Origin: Eledone cirrhosa
Taxonomy: Eukaryota
Length of the DNA stretch: 64,000 nucleotides
Reading direction: 5' to 3'
Assembly (NCBI GenBank): GCA_964016885.1
Contig: OZ024744.1
Coordinates: 83,328,001-83,392,000, forward strand
Shown here one piece after another: positions 15,998-31,069 of the stretch (position 1 is its first letter; the number at the start of each line of letters is the position of its first letter). The notes under the pieces were generated by a model. The model saw nothing but the letters and a program-made list of their open reading frames with translations, was not told the origin of the DNA and searched no databases. The translations under genes and the position numbers were made by a program.

Positions 15998-16284
15998 GAG
16001 TATGTATGTATATAAAAATTGATATGCGTATATGAACTTTTATTTATATATGCATACTATGGACTTGCACCCACCTTCACATTTACATTTTAACTCTTGC
16101 ATATATATTTATCCATATTTATGTATTTGGATAAATATACATGAATAAAACATATATTCATATATATATAAATAAAAATGAAATATACACAAGAATAAAT
16201 CATAAATAGTCATGCATACATACACACAAACACACATATATATATATATACATACAAATATGTAGACCCAATATATATATATAC

Positions 16285-16337
<53 letters not shown>

Positions 16338-16467
16338 CATACACACACTACATATATATACACACTGTATACATAGATCTTCTCCTGTCCGTGCATGAAA
16401 CTCTGGATTTTAGTGTTTAATATCAGTTATAAGTAAAATACATCCACACACACACACATATATATAT

Positions 16468-16652
16468 AATAATTGTTTCTACTTTAGGCACAAGGCCAGC
16501 AATTACCCAGTGCATTACTGGTACTTTATTTTATCGACCCCCGTAAGGATGAAAGGCAAAGTCAACCTCGGCGGGATTTGAACTCAGATCATAAAGGGAC
16601 GTAACTATGCTGGAAAGCATGGCGTCCGACCCTCTACGGATACTGCCAATCC
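16468..16652 (-). mobile_element. SINE family A, short form
   Basis: Full reverse-complement match to the family consensus seen in this window. Confidence 0.9.
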
Positions 16653-16974
16653 AATAATATGAATGTAATATATTATATTGAGACAAGAGTTATCTACGCT
16701 GACATTTAGATTGAAAACATACTCAAAGGGAGATTTAGTCTTATTATTCCAAGGATAATCTCAGGAAATGGAAGCATTTTTACTTGCCGTAAAACATTTG
16801 TTGAGATGTTGCGGTAGCATACATATGTGTATATGTATATAAATATATATACATATGTATGCATTTGTATGTGTGTGTATATATATATATATGAATATAT
16901 GCATATATATATATATATGTGTGTATGTGTGTGTGTATATATATATATATATATGAATATATGCATATATATAT

Positions 16975-17015
<41 letters not shown>

Positions 17016-17084
17016 TGTATGTATATATAGTATATATATATATATTTATAAATGTATATATATATATATTTATATATATATATA

Positions 17085-17165
17085 GGTACATGGCTGAGTG
17101 ATGTTAGAGAATTGGATTCACAATCGTGAGGTTGTGAGCTCGATTCCTAGACCGGGTGATTCCCC
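17085..17165 (+). mobile_element. tRNA-like head of a second SINE family (B)
   Basis: tggctgagtg...ttagagaattggattcacaatcgtgaggttgtgagctcgattcctagaccgggtga; A- and B-box-like motifs; similar to 19050-19240 on the minus strand. Confidence 0.65.
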
Positions 17166-17270
17166 CTACCTGGAGTTGCGATCGATAGATAATATTAGCA
17201 ATTGGAAAGACCATTGGAAACATTGTATCCTCGGGCCGATTAAAACGAAAGTCCATAGTCACACACATAC

Positions 17271-17328
<58 letters not shown>

Positions 17329-17976
17329 ATATATATATATGGGGGTGCGTAAGTCAACTGAAAAAGATGTATATCGATACACCTCTATTTCCTTACGTTA
17401 GGCTTGAACGCCCCATTTTTAGACTACACAATGTAGTCAATGTTACGACGAAGCTTTTATTTCTAATTCTCAAACGTCGTTCGTGTTTATCTCAACATAT
17501 TTCCTTTATATATATATATAAATGACTGGTAACTATCAGAAGGCCATCACAATGCGGTAGAAACATATGAAGGTCAAAGGATGACAAATATATCAAAACA
17601 AAATAATGTTTTACCCATGGTATTTCAGTCTTAGTCCCTTTTTTTATAAATGTAAAACGAAAACGTTTCAGGAGAAACCGGATGATGGATGTTTTTGTTT
17701 TTTTTCTTACTGGTTTAAGTGTCTAAAATTACGCATGCGTGCAGCCATTATAATAGCCAATCCGCTTCGGCCATTTACAATGAAAATGTGTGTCGTTTTG
17801 TTATTGATGACAATGATCTCTTTGATTTTTATATATTAGAACAAAAGCACGGGGCTTATGAAATTAAGATGTATTATATTTAATAAACAAATCTTCAAAC
17901 AATCTGTGAATATATCTAACATCCTTAAACCACAATACCCTCAGCATTCAGATGAAAACATAAAGTGGTATGATCA

Positions 17977-18502
17977 ATATGTAAACGGCAAATTGGCTGA
18001 TGCTTTAATACTTGGGATAGCACGTTTTCGGTAATACACCCCGGCTCTCTGCGCTGTTAGTTCAATCCCACTGACATCGATTATACCTTCATCATTTCGA
18101 GGTCGATAAATAAAGTACAAGTTTAATACAGGGGTTGATATACTTTCTATATCACGTTGTCACTATCTGTTTGTCTCTGTAATTACATCTGGTGAGCGAC
18201 CTGCATCAACATCACTTCCACCACGTGTTAAAAAACCGTACGGATGTGTGTATGTATTGATATAAATATACCTTTAACACGTGGTGCAAGTGATGGTGAT
18301 GCAGGTCGCTCACCAGATGTAATTACAGAGACAAACAGATAGTGACAACGTGATATAGAAAGTATATCAACCCCTGTATTAATCTTGTACTTTATTTATC
18401 GACCTCGAAATGATGAAGTGGGATTGAACTAACAGCGCAGAGAGCCGAGGTGTATTACCGAAAACGTGCTATCCCAAGTATTAAAGCATCAGCCAATTTG
18501 TC

Positions 18503-18510
<8 letters not shown>
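17977..18510. repeat. About 250-bp inverted duplication containing an old SINE
   Basis: Arms about 17977-18232 and 18273-18510, near identical; right arm lacks about 16 nt of the SINE core and ends in (TA)n. Confidence 0.95.
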
Positions 18511-18540
<30 letters not shown>

Positions 18541-18556
18541 GACAAATTAGCTGATG

Positions 18557-18640
<84 letters not shown>

Positions 18641-18643
<3 letters not shown>

Positions 18644-18770
18644 CGAAGGAAATGTGGTAAGGAACCAGATGGACCATAACGCACCTAAGTACTCAATACT
18701 TAGGGTAGGAGAGTGGGTAATAGGAACAAGTAGAACCCCGACGGCTGAGCTCAAGCCGTTTCGACGGCTA
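18641..18770 (-). mobile_element. Family P1 copy without a fold-back arm
   Basis: Reverse complement of P1 tail and half-ribozyme, ending at ccgtttcgacggcta. Confidence 0.85.
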
Positions 18771-19049
18771 ATTCACACACATATATATATATATATTATC
18801 AGTTTAGATTATAGGAGCTCCGGTTGTTCGATCAGTAGAGCGTGCGACTCGTTAACTCAACATTCATGTCTGAGAATTTCATAGAGTCAAATAGACATAA
18901 GTTATTTCTCAAGGGCATTCAGCGTGACGCGTTGTGTGCCAAAGCTGATGATCTGAATTACAGTTTCATCCCATTCTTTCCACCTGAGTGTGTGTGTGTG
19001 TGTGTGACAGCTCACACCTATGCAGTTTAGCTGGCCTCATCCAAGGTAT

Positions 19050-19240
19050 ATCTCGTTGGAGGTGTCTTGTGTAATTTAATGATAGGGACTCCAGTCCTAC
19101 CATCTCATTTCTACAGCTGAGTAAACTGGAGTAAAATATGTCTTGCTCAAGGGAACAACACATCACCCGGTCCAAGAATTGAACTCACGACCTTTCAATT
19201 GCAAGCCCAATGCTCTAACCACTAAGCCATGAGCCTTCAC
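19050..19240 (-). mobile_element. tRNA-derived SINE family B
   Basis: Minus strand reads tggcttagtggttagagcattgggcttgcaattgaaaggtcgtgagttcaattc (A and B boxes), then tgttcccttgagcaagaca...ctcagctgtagaaatgag, a CORE/V-like body. Confidence 0.75.
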
Positions 19241-19467
19241 GGAGTACAGTGAAGTAACGTCAAATAAAATGTGTTGCCAAGATTCGATCTAACAATCGCG
19301 CACCTAACACCCTAACCACTGACTACGCGTTTTTACAAGCCCGAACCTAAATCTACTCATACACACATATATATATCTATATACATATATATATCTATAT
19401 ACATATATATATATATATATATATACACGCCCACACTCAAACACACAGGCACACACACACACACACA

Positions 19468-19502
<35 letters not shown>

Positions 19503-19793
19503 TTATATATATATATTCGAATTAACGTTAAGACAATTTTGTATAATTACGTAATTATATTTATGATGCGCATTTTAGTAACACCAGAACATTAAAATTA
19601 TGCAACTGCAATAACAACTGGCATGACACCATCTGTCAGTTACAAAGATTAATTATGTATGACTATCTATAGCAGAAAATAGTTGATATGCGTCCAGCAC
19701 TAGCACTCGTCATAGTTACACACCCCCCTCCCCCACATCCACACCCACACCCACACACCCACAAACATACCCACACACCCACCCACACACACT

Positions 19794-19865
<72 letters not shown>

Positions 19866-19870
<5 letters not shown>

Positions 19871-20084
19871 ATAATAATAAATTCGAAGACTAAAATCCCA
19901 AGAGGGCTCGATAAGGATAAATATATATCAAATATATAAGAACCGTAGAGCAAATATTTATTAAAATAACAGATTAAAGTTTAAGCAAAGAATCGCTGCT
20001 TTCACCCTTAACGGGATCTTCAGAAACTCAGAAGATCCCGTTAACGGTGAAGCAGCGATTCTTTGCTTAAACTTTAATCTGTTA

Positions 20085-20092
<8 letters not shown>
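19866..20092 (-). mobile_element. Fold-back repeat family P2
   Basis: Reverse complement of 10590-10800 with a palindrome at about 19958-20092. Confidence 0.85.
19977..20029 (-). ncRNA. Type I hammerhead ribozyme, intact core
   Basis: gagttt-CTGAAGA-tccc gttaa gggt-GAAA-gcag cgattct ttgc-TT-aaactt; stems I, II and III all pair; CUU triplet. Confidence 0.8.
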
Positions 20093-20122
<30 letters not shown>

Positions 20123-20217
20123 TATACGTATATATAGAACAATTATTGATGATGTTCGCGTGGAAAGCGTACTCAATATTAGAGTTGAGATTGATACGGT
20201 CTTTATTAAGGAAAAGT

Positions 20218-20281
20218 TTGAGTTTAGTTACTCTAGAGTTTCTCTTGTGTATTTACAATGTCATCACACAAGTTGACTCAA
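20218..20281 (-). ncRNA. Variant hammerhead-like motif with GUGAUGA core
   Basis: ttgagt..tgt-GTGATGA-cattgt aaatac acaaga-GAAA-ctctagag-TA-ac..aactcaa; palindromic stem III; a related inverted copy at about 20995-21053 (+) also has GTGATGA. Confidence 0.5.
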
Positions 20282-20527
20282 GCTAGCTCTTGATAAATAA
20301 CATATATATATATATAAATATATATATGTATATATATAGAGCAAACAGCACGGACACTCTATCTCAAAATTATTTTTGAAAAGCATTTAGAAATGCGCAA
20401 CCGGTAAAAACTTAAAAACTTAAAACCACAACTGAATACTAACCCATACAATCACTAATACTCTTTTATTCCTAATTAAACCATTTTTCAACTGTGAACA
20501 ATTTGTCAGCATTTTCTATTCCGTTTA

Positions 20528-20676
<149 letters not shown>

Positions 20677-20828
20677 GGTTGTGCGGATGATCTAACCATC
20701 GTCTGAGTGTGTTTGGCCTTTAACGTATGTTGTAGCTCTGGTTCATCTGAATCATTGAGCGCTTGCCACACATCTCGGAAGTTGTTTTTCGTTAATTCCT
20801 GAGCCGAAATACGATTCTCGCTAATTTA

Positions 20829-20877
<49 letters not shown>

Positions 20878-21086
20878 AAATATATATATGTATATATGTA
20901 TATATATATATATATGTATATACATATACATGTATATATATGTATATTATACATATATATATATATGTATATATATATATGTTCTTTATTATGAGCAAGC
21001 TTGAGTCATCTTGTGTGATGACTTTGTGAGAACACGAGAGAAACGGTAGAGTTTATATATATATATACCTATATATACATACATAC

Positions 21087-21940
<854 letters not shown>

Positions 21941-23219
21941 TACGTACTCTGATTTGTTTACCAGAGGTAAATAATGTATTGGAGATCGAATGACGGAACC
22001 TCAAGCGATTAGCGAACTCTAGACTCACCTGATCAACGAAACAATTGTCAGTACTTTAAATAAAGCCCCTTATTGTACAGCCAACCATGTTACTTTTCAT
22101 TCTTTAACTATTATTACACCAAGTATAACCTGCATAGAAATTAGCGCGAACTCGCTGCATAACTATGGAAGCATCTTGTTGAGTCAAACACAGCCGTACG
22201 TTAAAACTCTCCACCACGCAGAGTACTCACAACTTCTAACTGGATTACCTATAACGATAACTTGTTATCCCATACATACATATATATACATACACAGACA
22301 TACACACACATAAATATATATATATATACATATATATATGTCTGTGTATATATATATATGTTCAAACATACACATCATATATGTATATATATATATGCTT
22401 GTATGTATGCATGTATGTTTACACGCTCACTGAGAGACAGATATTCTCACACACCCATATCTCTGTCTATATATGCAGGTGTGTATCTCTTCTTATCTCT
22501 ATCCACATTCGTATTCAAATGCATTGTATTTATATGCATGTTGGTTAATTTCGAAACATGTTCCCCTGTCTTTAATATCATTGATATCGAGCGATAATAT
22601 TTCTTTGCCTTCATCACCATCGTCATCTTCTTTCGAACTGGTTAATTGGAAATCTCTCAACAATTCCGCTCCCTACCGTACGACCCAATATTGCCATATC
22701 CGGTTCTCCGAGGTGAATTCCTGAATCTCGAAATATTCTCTGGCTTCTATAAGAAAAGTGATGAAATTTCTTCGCTGTTCACCTTAAAAAATATGTGTGA
22801 TAGTGATATTGAATGAAAACATCCGTAGATTGTTTGTCTCGTTGGATGCGACCACTAGATCAGACCCTTCACTCTTCTAAGTAAGTTGGTGTATTTTTAG
22901 CCAGTGCTTGTTATTGATCTGAGTTGATATCAATTTATTATTAAATGTTTGTTTCATTCTTCATGGTTTATTAAAATATATTCCAAGTAACTATGGGTGA
23001 ATTGCATTCCTCTTCACTATAGTTCCATGGTATGCGACACAACATTGGCTTTGATGACTAGTTTTCGACGAGCGAAACTGACTTGTCATGAAATTAACGC
23101 GTAAGTGGCTGAACATTCCATAGATGTGTGTATCTTTAACGTAATTATCAGGGATTGAGAGTGACACGGCGTGTGAGAGGGCTCGTCCTTTTAAAGTACA
23201 GATATATTCTATCTTGTAA

Positions 23220-23358
23220 TATAATTGTTTCTACTTTTGCCACAATACCAGCTATTATCCCAGTACATTACTGGTGCTTTATTTTATCAAGCCCGTAAGG
23301 ATGAAAGGTAAAGTTAACCTCGGTGGGATTTGAAGTCAGACCGTAAAGCATGGCGCCT
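23220..23358 (-). mobile_element. SINE family A, partial
   Basis: Reverse-complement core and tail. Confidence 0.85.
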
Positions 23359-23404
23359 ATCTTGTATTATAGTATATGTAGATAAGCATTCCACAAACAT
23401 GAGT

Positions 23405-23465
23405 ATCCTTCACGTGATTATCATAGAATCCTTCACGTGATTATCATAGAATCCTTCACGTGAGA
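23405..23465. repeat. 23-bp tandem repeat, about 2.5 copies
   Basis: atccttcacgtgattatcataga repeated. Confidence 0.9.
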
Positions 23466-23725
23466 ATCAATGTGACACTGTATGTGTGAAAATCCTGATC
23501 CTTTGAAGTACATGTATTGTCCATCCTACGGGCTTCTCAACATTCTTCATCAGTCCAATTCCACTTATAAGATATAGGTCGATCCACAGCTATGGTAAAT
23601 GACTCTTTTCCTAGATGTTATGCTGTGAGATAGAATCCAGCAGATAATAATTTCAAAGTGTTTTGCTTAACTATTTAACAATGCTAGAATACTATACCTC
23701 TTTTTATGAATGTGGAATCAAAATC

Positions 23726-24378
23726 AGGGCGGTGTATTGGTAGTATCGGTAGAGGGTCGGACGCCATACTTTGCAGCAGAGAGTTACGGCCCTTTATGGT
23801 CTGAGTTAAAATCCCGCCGAGGTTAACTTTGCCTTTCATCCTTACGGGGTCGATAAAATAATGTACCAGTAATACACTTGAATAATTCCTGGCCTTGTGC
23901 CAAAAGTAGAAACGATTATATATCAAAATCGGTTTAAAAAATCCAAATGGGCGTTGTTACGTTGATGCATCGGCACAATCGTTAAAGTGTCGGACGAAAT
24001 AATTTGTGGTAGTAAGTTACCGCTCTTTACGTTTTAAGTTCAAATCCTACCGAAGTCAACTTTGACTTTTATGTTCCTTGAGTCGATAAAACATTGTATC
24101 CGTCAATTACTGGGTCGATTTCATGTATCCTTAACCCTTCACTTAAAAATTGCTGGCCTTGTACCTAATTCAGAAACCAACCATTATTATTATGATTGGT
24201 AGTATCGGTAGAAATTGGGACGCCCTGCTTTGCAGCATAGAGCCCTTTCCGGTCTGAGTTCAAATCCCGCCGAGGCTAACTTTGCCTTTCATCCTTAAAG
24301 GGTCGATAAAATAAAGTACCAGTAATTCACTTGGATAATTGCTGGCCTTGTGCCAAAAGTAGAAACAATTATTATTAT
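23726..24378 (+). mobile_element. Cluster of three SINE family A copies (about 23726-23920, 23960-24185 older, 24195-24378)
   Basis: A box, B box, core and TTA tail in each copy. Confidence 0.85.
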
Positions 24379-24867
24379 GATTTTTTTCTAGATAGTCCAT
24401 TTAAACTTTCAGTAGATTCCTTTCCCCCAAACCAACCAACACTGCAACCTTACTTCGAAAAACGCACTCGGTTTACACGTTTCTCTCGTTGTTCATATCT
24501 CTCTTCCCAACCCCTCCACTATTCACATAGACTCTTCTTTTACATTCCTCTTTCCTTTCACTTGCTTTCGTTATTCTTTTGTTTATTCCCGTCTTCACGC
24601 CTGGATACCAAACACTATCGCCCAGTACTCCACTAACGCCTTTCATATAATCACTTTAGGTGTGTGACTGAAGTCTTTCGAGGTGTTTTGCTTGTGTAGA
24701 CTTGTGTGTGTAGAAGAGCTTTATGTGCGCACGCAGTTTTATGTGTGTGTGAGTAGGTATGTCACTATATGCATTTACGTGTATGTATGCATATGTGTGC
24801 ATGATTTATTTATGCATGCCTTTTTAATATATGTACATATTTTGGAAAACTATATATATATATATAC

Positions 24868-24931
<64 letters not shown>

Positions 24932-25130
24932 TATATATATATATTATATATATGGTGGGTATGTATGTTTATGACTGTATGTGTGTCTGTATATGTATCA
25001 AAAAGGATTTGCATGTTTGTAGACGCACACACATACAAACGCACACACAAGTATTTCTATACAGTTTATATTCCTATGGATATATTTATCTACCTCACTT
25101 CCTCCATTTTCTTCCTCTTTCTCTATCGTT

Positions 25131-25236
<106 letters not shown>

Positions 25237-25784
25237 TGTGCGTGTGTGTGCGCATGTGTGTCTGTCTCTCTGTGTGTACTTGTGTATATATATATATATG
25301 ATATGTGTGTGAGAATTAACTATATATCTATATATGCGTATGAGAGTTTGTGTTAGCAGTATACAAATGAATGCTTTCTGATGTGTGTGTGCATGGACCT
25401 GCTTCGACGCAAGCACGTGTGCATACAATAGTAATTATATGTGTATGCGTGTCTGTGTGTGCATGTGTGCCTGTGTGTATGTGTGTACGATTGTTTTCCT
25501 TTATTCTTTTTGTTTTATTTCTTTGCTTTGTTTTTTTATTTATGTATTTATTTATTTCAAAAAGACAACCTCTGCTCTGGGAAATATCATTTATGGAAGC
25601 AGTAGGTGGAGCCACGTGTCTTTCCATGCATAGTCGCGTGGCTGCGCGTTGCAACAGAACAACAAAACTTAAAATACAATGAAATAAGTAAACAAACACT
25701 TCAATTTTCACTCCCTTAACTTTAGATTAGGCAGTTTAAAAAAGGGATATTTATATGTTGATTATATTCTTTTTATTATTGATG

Positions 25785-26930
25785 GATTGGTTAACTCGTT
25801 AGAGCTTCGGACAGAATAGTTTGCGGTATTTAGTTTACATTTTGGGTTCATATCCTATTGAGGTCGACTTTTCACCCTCCTGGGTTATGGGACTGGCAAA
25901 ATAACGTACCAGTTAAGTATTGGGGCAATGTAATCGACTTTCTCCTCTCTCAAAAATTAGTTGACCTCCGTGGAATATAAAACTCAGAATTTAAATTAGA
26001 TGCCACAAAGAATTCTCTATGAAGCTCTAACGTATCTGCCAATACATGAATAATAATAATTTTGAGGTAAAAGGACAGTCATTAAATACTAGGGTCAATA
26101 TAACCGACTGTCCCCTCTCCCCTTAATTACTGTTTTTGTGCCAATGTGATGAACAACTATGGGCACCGAATTTGTAGAGTCGTTAGAACGTCGGATAGAA
26201 TGCTTTGTAGCATTCATTTTGGCCCTCTGCTCTCTGAGTTCAAATCCTGCCGAGGTCAACTTTGCTTTTCATCCATTAATGGTCGATAAAAAATGTACTA
26301 GACAAGTACTGGAGTCGATTCTTCCTATATATCTCTTTCTTATTTCTTTTCTCTATGCTTCTCTGGAAGAAATCTACTGCATTCAGGCCTGGAGAGAAGA
26401 TGGGCTCCGCCATGTTAAAAAATGCCGAAGAAACGCCGTTAGCCAATATGGGGCCCCTACGACTCACCAGGAGTTACGGGTCTATACCATACAATACCAT
26501 ACTATATGGACAACTATTATCGATAAATAAAGCACCAATAAGGAACTGGGGTCGATTTAATTGACTTTCTCTGCCCTTATCTCTAAAGTAAAAATAATTA
26601 ATATTAGGGCAAGGGTTAAAGTTAAGGGTGGAGTTAAGATTAGAGTAATAGTTAACTTTGATTTTCATCATTTCCGTGTCGATGAAATAAAGTACAAAGT
26701 AACACACTAGAGACGATTTGATCGACTTTGCTTTCACCCCGAAAACGTTTTGGCTTTATGCTTGAATCAGAAACCATTATCATTATTATTTTAGTCCTTT
26801 AGGGACTGAGTTCAAATCCCGCCGAAGTTAACTTTGCCTTTCATCCTTACGGGGTCGATTAAATAAAGTACCAGCAATGCACTGGGATAATTGCTGGCCT
26901 TGTGTCAAAACTCGAAACAATTATTATTCT
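25785..26930. mobile_element. Region of several old and young SINE family A fragments
   Basis: Core matches at about 25845-25935, 26160-26325, 26515-26575, 26650-26785 and 26800-26928. Confidence 0.7.
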
Positions 26931-27043
26931 AGTAATTTATTCGTGTTTCTTTACTTTATCAGTTGAAGTCCCATTCATTTCGACATTGTTAATAAAACGA
27001 GTACCAGATAGATACTACACAAGATCCGATGAATTAAATGCAG

Positions 27044-27117
<74 letters not shown>

Positions 27118-27343
27118 TTGACGACATATTTAATTGATTTCCACGTGGTATTAGAAATACTGGATAAATATTCTATAGTTGTTGATCGCGAATAAATAGC
27201 TGTCGTTTATTTATCTATTATTTCTTCATAGGTGTCTTTTAATCTTATAGCCTGGTTTAATTGGATTTTTGTGTGGTTGATTATGCTGATTGGGAGAAGG
27301 AATGGTGTATATATTTTATCAAATGATTCTATGGACATACTTT

Positions 27344-27393
<50 letters not shown>

Positions 27394-27397
<4 letters not shown>

Positions 27398-27583
27398 AAC
27401 AAGTATGACCCCGGCGGCAGAGGTGAAGCCGTTTCGACGGCTATTTCTAGAAATAGCCGTCGAAACGGCTTGAGCTCTGCCGTCGGGGTCATACTTATTC
27501 GTATTGCCCACTCTACTACACTAAGTATTGAGTACTCTGGTGCGTTATAGTCCATCTCGTTCCTTACCCCAATTCCTTCGTTA
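27394..27583 (+). mobile_element. Fold-back repeat family P1
   Basis: Palindrome centred on ctatttct|agaaatag (27448/27449), then the P1 tail; (TA)n flanks. Confidence 0.85.
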
Positions 27584-27767
27584 TATATATATATATATAT
27601 ATATATAGTATTAAGGATACTATTTATGGTTATGTATATACTAAAACTTTTTATAGTTATCTCTATTTTAAACCCTAAACAGTGAAAGACAGTAATTAAT
27701 TACTACCTTATTACCAGTAAGATAAATAGCTCAATGTAATAACATCAGTTGTTCTACAGAGCGGTTA

Positions 27768-28427
27768 TATAGAATTCACATGAATCAAAGCTATGTTCAA
27801 AGCATTTATTCGCTTACAATTGTTTCATCCAAACTGAGGCTTGATTCTCCGGAGCATTTTTCAATGTTTGTACACATACATGACCTCCTTTCCAACGCAA
27901 GAGACATACAGATACATATGTATATATTGATGTACAGTGGGTGACATATATTATATTATTTCTGAATGGCAATTAAAAATTCAAAAACAAAATCACATTA
28001 AAACAGAATCAAAGCACAATTAAAATTAAAATACAACACCAATGCAAAATTAAAATATGTGTGGTTGATTATGCTGATTGGGAGAAGAAATGGTGTATAT
28101 ATTTTATCAAATGATTCTATGGACATACTTTATTGTATATATATATATATTAATTTTACATTGATGTTGTATTTTAATTTTAATTGTGCTTTGATTCTGT
28201 TTTAATGTGATTTTGTTTTGAATTTTTAATTGCCATTCAGAAATAATATAATATATGTCACCCACTGTACATCAATATATACATATGTATCTGTATGTCT
28301 CTTGCGTTGGAAAGGAGGTCCTGTATGTGTACAAACATTGAAAAATGCTCCGAAGACCCCAAGCCTCGGTTTGGATGAAACAATTGTAAGTGAATAAATG
28401 CTTTGAACATAGCTTTGATTCCTCTGA

Positions 28428-28435
<8 letters not shown>
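27768..28435. mobile_element. About 285-bp inverted repeat with a hammerhead-like motif in each arm (tail-out Penelope-like ends)
   Basis: Arms about 27768-28057 and 28150-28435; the spacer is a direct copy of 27271-27360. Confidence 0.85.
28347..28391 (+). ncRNA. Variant hammerhead with CCGAAGA core; mirror copy at 27812-27855 (-)
   Basis: gct-CCGAAGA-cc ccaagc ctcg gtttgg at-GAAA-caattg-TA-agt (agc in the mirror copy), followed by AATAAA. Confidence 0.6.
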
Positions 28436-28508
<73 letters not shown>

Positions 28509-28679
28509 TGACCTAATATAACTTAATCAACCAATGCCTTTAGAAATTTAATCAAAGTTAGACATTGTTAAAATAATTAAGAAAGTGCAGTTAACAATGA
28601 GATCATTTCTAGCTACTATAATTTTCATCATCCTTACAAAATTGGTGTTTTCGTTTGAATGAGATGACACTCAAACCAC

Positions 28680-28712
28680 TATCACCACCAACACCACCAC
28701 CACCTTTATCAC

Positions 28713-28750
<38 letters not shown>

Positions 28751-28969
28751 ACATCTCATCTTCTTCATTACAATCCTCCTCATCTACCTTTTCCTCATCA
28801 CCGTCATCATCAACAGCATCACCCCCAAACACATTCATCATTATCCTCATCATCACCATTATCATCATCATCATCACAATCATCACCACCACCACCTTCT
28901 TTTGGGGGTATTTTAGGACCAAAGTCGTCAACATTTTGTTAAGTTAAGCACATTAACTTTAGTGTATTG

Positions 28970-29024
<55 letters not shown>

Positions 29025-29271
29025 TTACTACTACTACTAATGCTGCTGCTGCAACTGCTACTACTACTACTAGTGAATAGGAAATGCGTTGGACAAGATG
29101 TCTTGCTCTATTTAGTTAAGAGAGATAACATTCTCAACTTTAACCCGTTTAAGTTAGCTTTCATTCTACTTACTTGGAGCCAATAAAATAAGTACTAGTC
29201 TTGTACTGAAGTCAACAATTTTCTCAATTCCTCTCTCTCAAAATGTTTAGCCATGTACCTATGCTATGTGT

Positions 29272-29344
<73 letters not shown>

Positions 29345-29345
29345 C

Positions 29346-29407
<62 letters not shown>

Positions 29408-29410
29408 CAA

Positions 29411-29493
<83 letters not shown>

Positions 29494-29550
29494 CTTATAG
29501 CAGCAGCAGCTTCACTAGTAATAGTAGTAACTGATATAACAGTAGTAGTA
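28680..29550. repeat. Trinucleotide microsatellites (CAT/CAC)n, (TAC)n, (TAG/CAG)n
   Basis: Direct reading: about 28680-28895, 28971-29072, 29272-29550. Confidence 0.95.
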
Positions 29551-30537
29551 GTTGTGTGGAGACATAAAATAATGACCAATACTAGCAATAGTAATCTGAT
29601 ATATTTGTAATTAATGAGGTAGTACATTTGAAATATGAGGGGGGGGGTTACTTTTGTGATCCTATACGTACGTATTTTCTCACAAATGTCCACCAATTAC
29701 GACTCAAAACTTCAATTTACCCTCTGTCACAGTCGTTCTTTCTCTCGTTGAGACGGTGTAATAAGCACATCCGTCTTCAAATCTTTTTCATTTTAGTATT
29801 CCTACTCTCACTCATTCACAATCTGTTCTTTATCATTTGATAGCCAGTAACTTTCACACAGAACCAGCAAACACAAAGTAAGGTGCGTGTGTTGACCTTG
29901 TATATGAAGCGAAATTATATTGACGGTGTGATGTCATTTTATATAACAGGAAATAAACCAAGAGGATTCATCCTCCCAATCGTATATTTGGAGATTTAGA
30001 AAATTAAGGATTTATTTTAAGAAAATTAAATTCGAGGAAAAATATTCTTATCTCTTTAATGGACTTCTCACCCAGTATAACTTTTAAAATCTCTCTCTCC
30101 TTCTTCTTTTAAACCTTCTCTGTCTTCCTCCTTTCATCCCCGCTCATCCTCCTTTCTTCACTCATTCCCCCTCTCACCCGCATCTCTCTCTTTCTCTCGT
30201 TCTACTCCTGCCTCCCCCTTTCATACAATTTCAATTTCTTAATGCGGTTTTAATCTCCGTTTTACTTTATACTTTTGATTGAATTTCTCTTCCTTTCTAT
30301 TATTTTTCTCTAGGTCTTTCCCTTCCCTCGCTCTCTGCCACCTTTCTTCCCCCCCCCCCTCATTCTCTCTCTCTCTTTATATACATATATATGTATGTAA
30401 GTTTTATGTATGGAGTACCTTACTTACTGTGGTTACCCCCGATTCAGGGATTTGGCCGGAGTATCTCCAAAAGCTTTCTCCGATAATGTATTTATTTATG
30501 TATATATATATATGTATGTATATATATATATATATAA

Positions 30538-30579
<42 letters not shown>

Positions 30580-30655
30580 CTTGACCATATTTTACATCTA
30601 TATCGATATATATATATATATATAGTTAAAAAATGAACAAACAGAACACAGAAGG

Positions 30656-30698
<43 letters not shown>

Positions 30699-31069
30699 AT
30701 AGTCAAATCTTCCCTTCACTATATTTGTTTATTATACATTATCTCAGCTTACATCTGAAAATTGTTGATCAACTTAAACTGTCACTCATTTGATTACATT
30801 TCAAAAAGTATGTACTATTTTTAACAACTCGCCACCTTCATTTTCTTCATTTGATGTTCTAGAAGTGAAGAAGGGCTACTACACAGGATCAGTATCCTAA
30901 CCAAAATGGAAGGATTGTCATAAATGATTCGTAAACCATCGATTTTACAACAATGTGCAGATTGAAACACGTGACAGACTATGTTAAGTTATTCTTTAAC
31001 CGAAAGACTTCTTTGAGCAATAACAGCAGAGTCAATGGCTATCCAAATAGTATTTTTTTTTTTTTTTTG

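Noticed and set aside
25560-25670. E-box CACGTG and homeodomain-like site as an enhancer
   Set aside because: Short motifs are expected by chance and no conservation data are available.
28655-29696. Poly-S/T/V/M ORFs
   Set aside because: They come from (CAT)n and (TAG)n microsatellites.
29630-29790. Possible Tc1/mariner remnants here and at about 30720-31020, 49440-49660 and 57700-58700
   Set aside because: Only vague resemblance; no paired TIRs or DDD/E motifs could be read.
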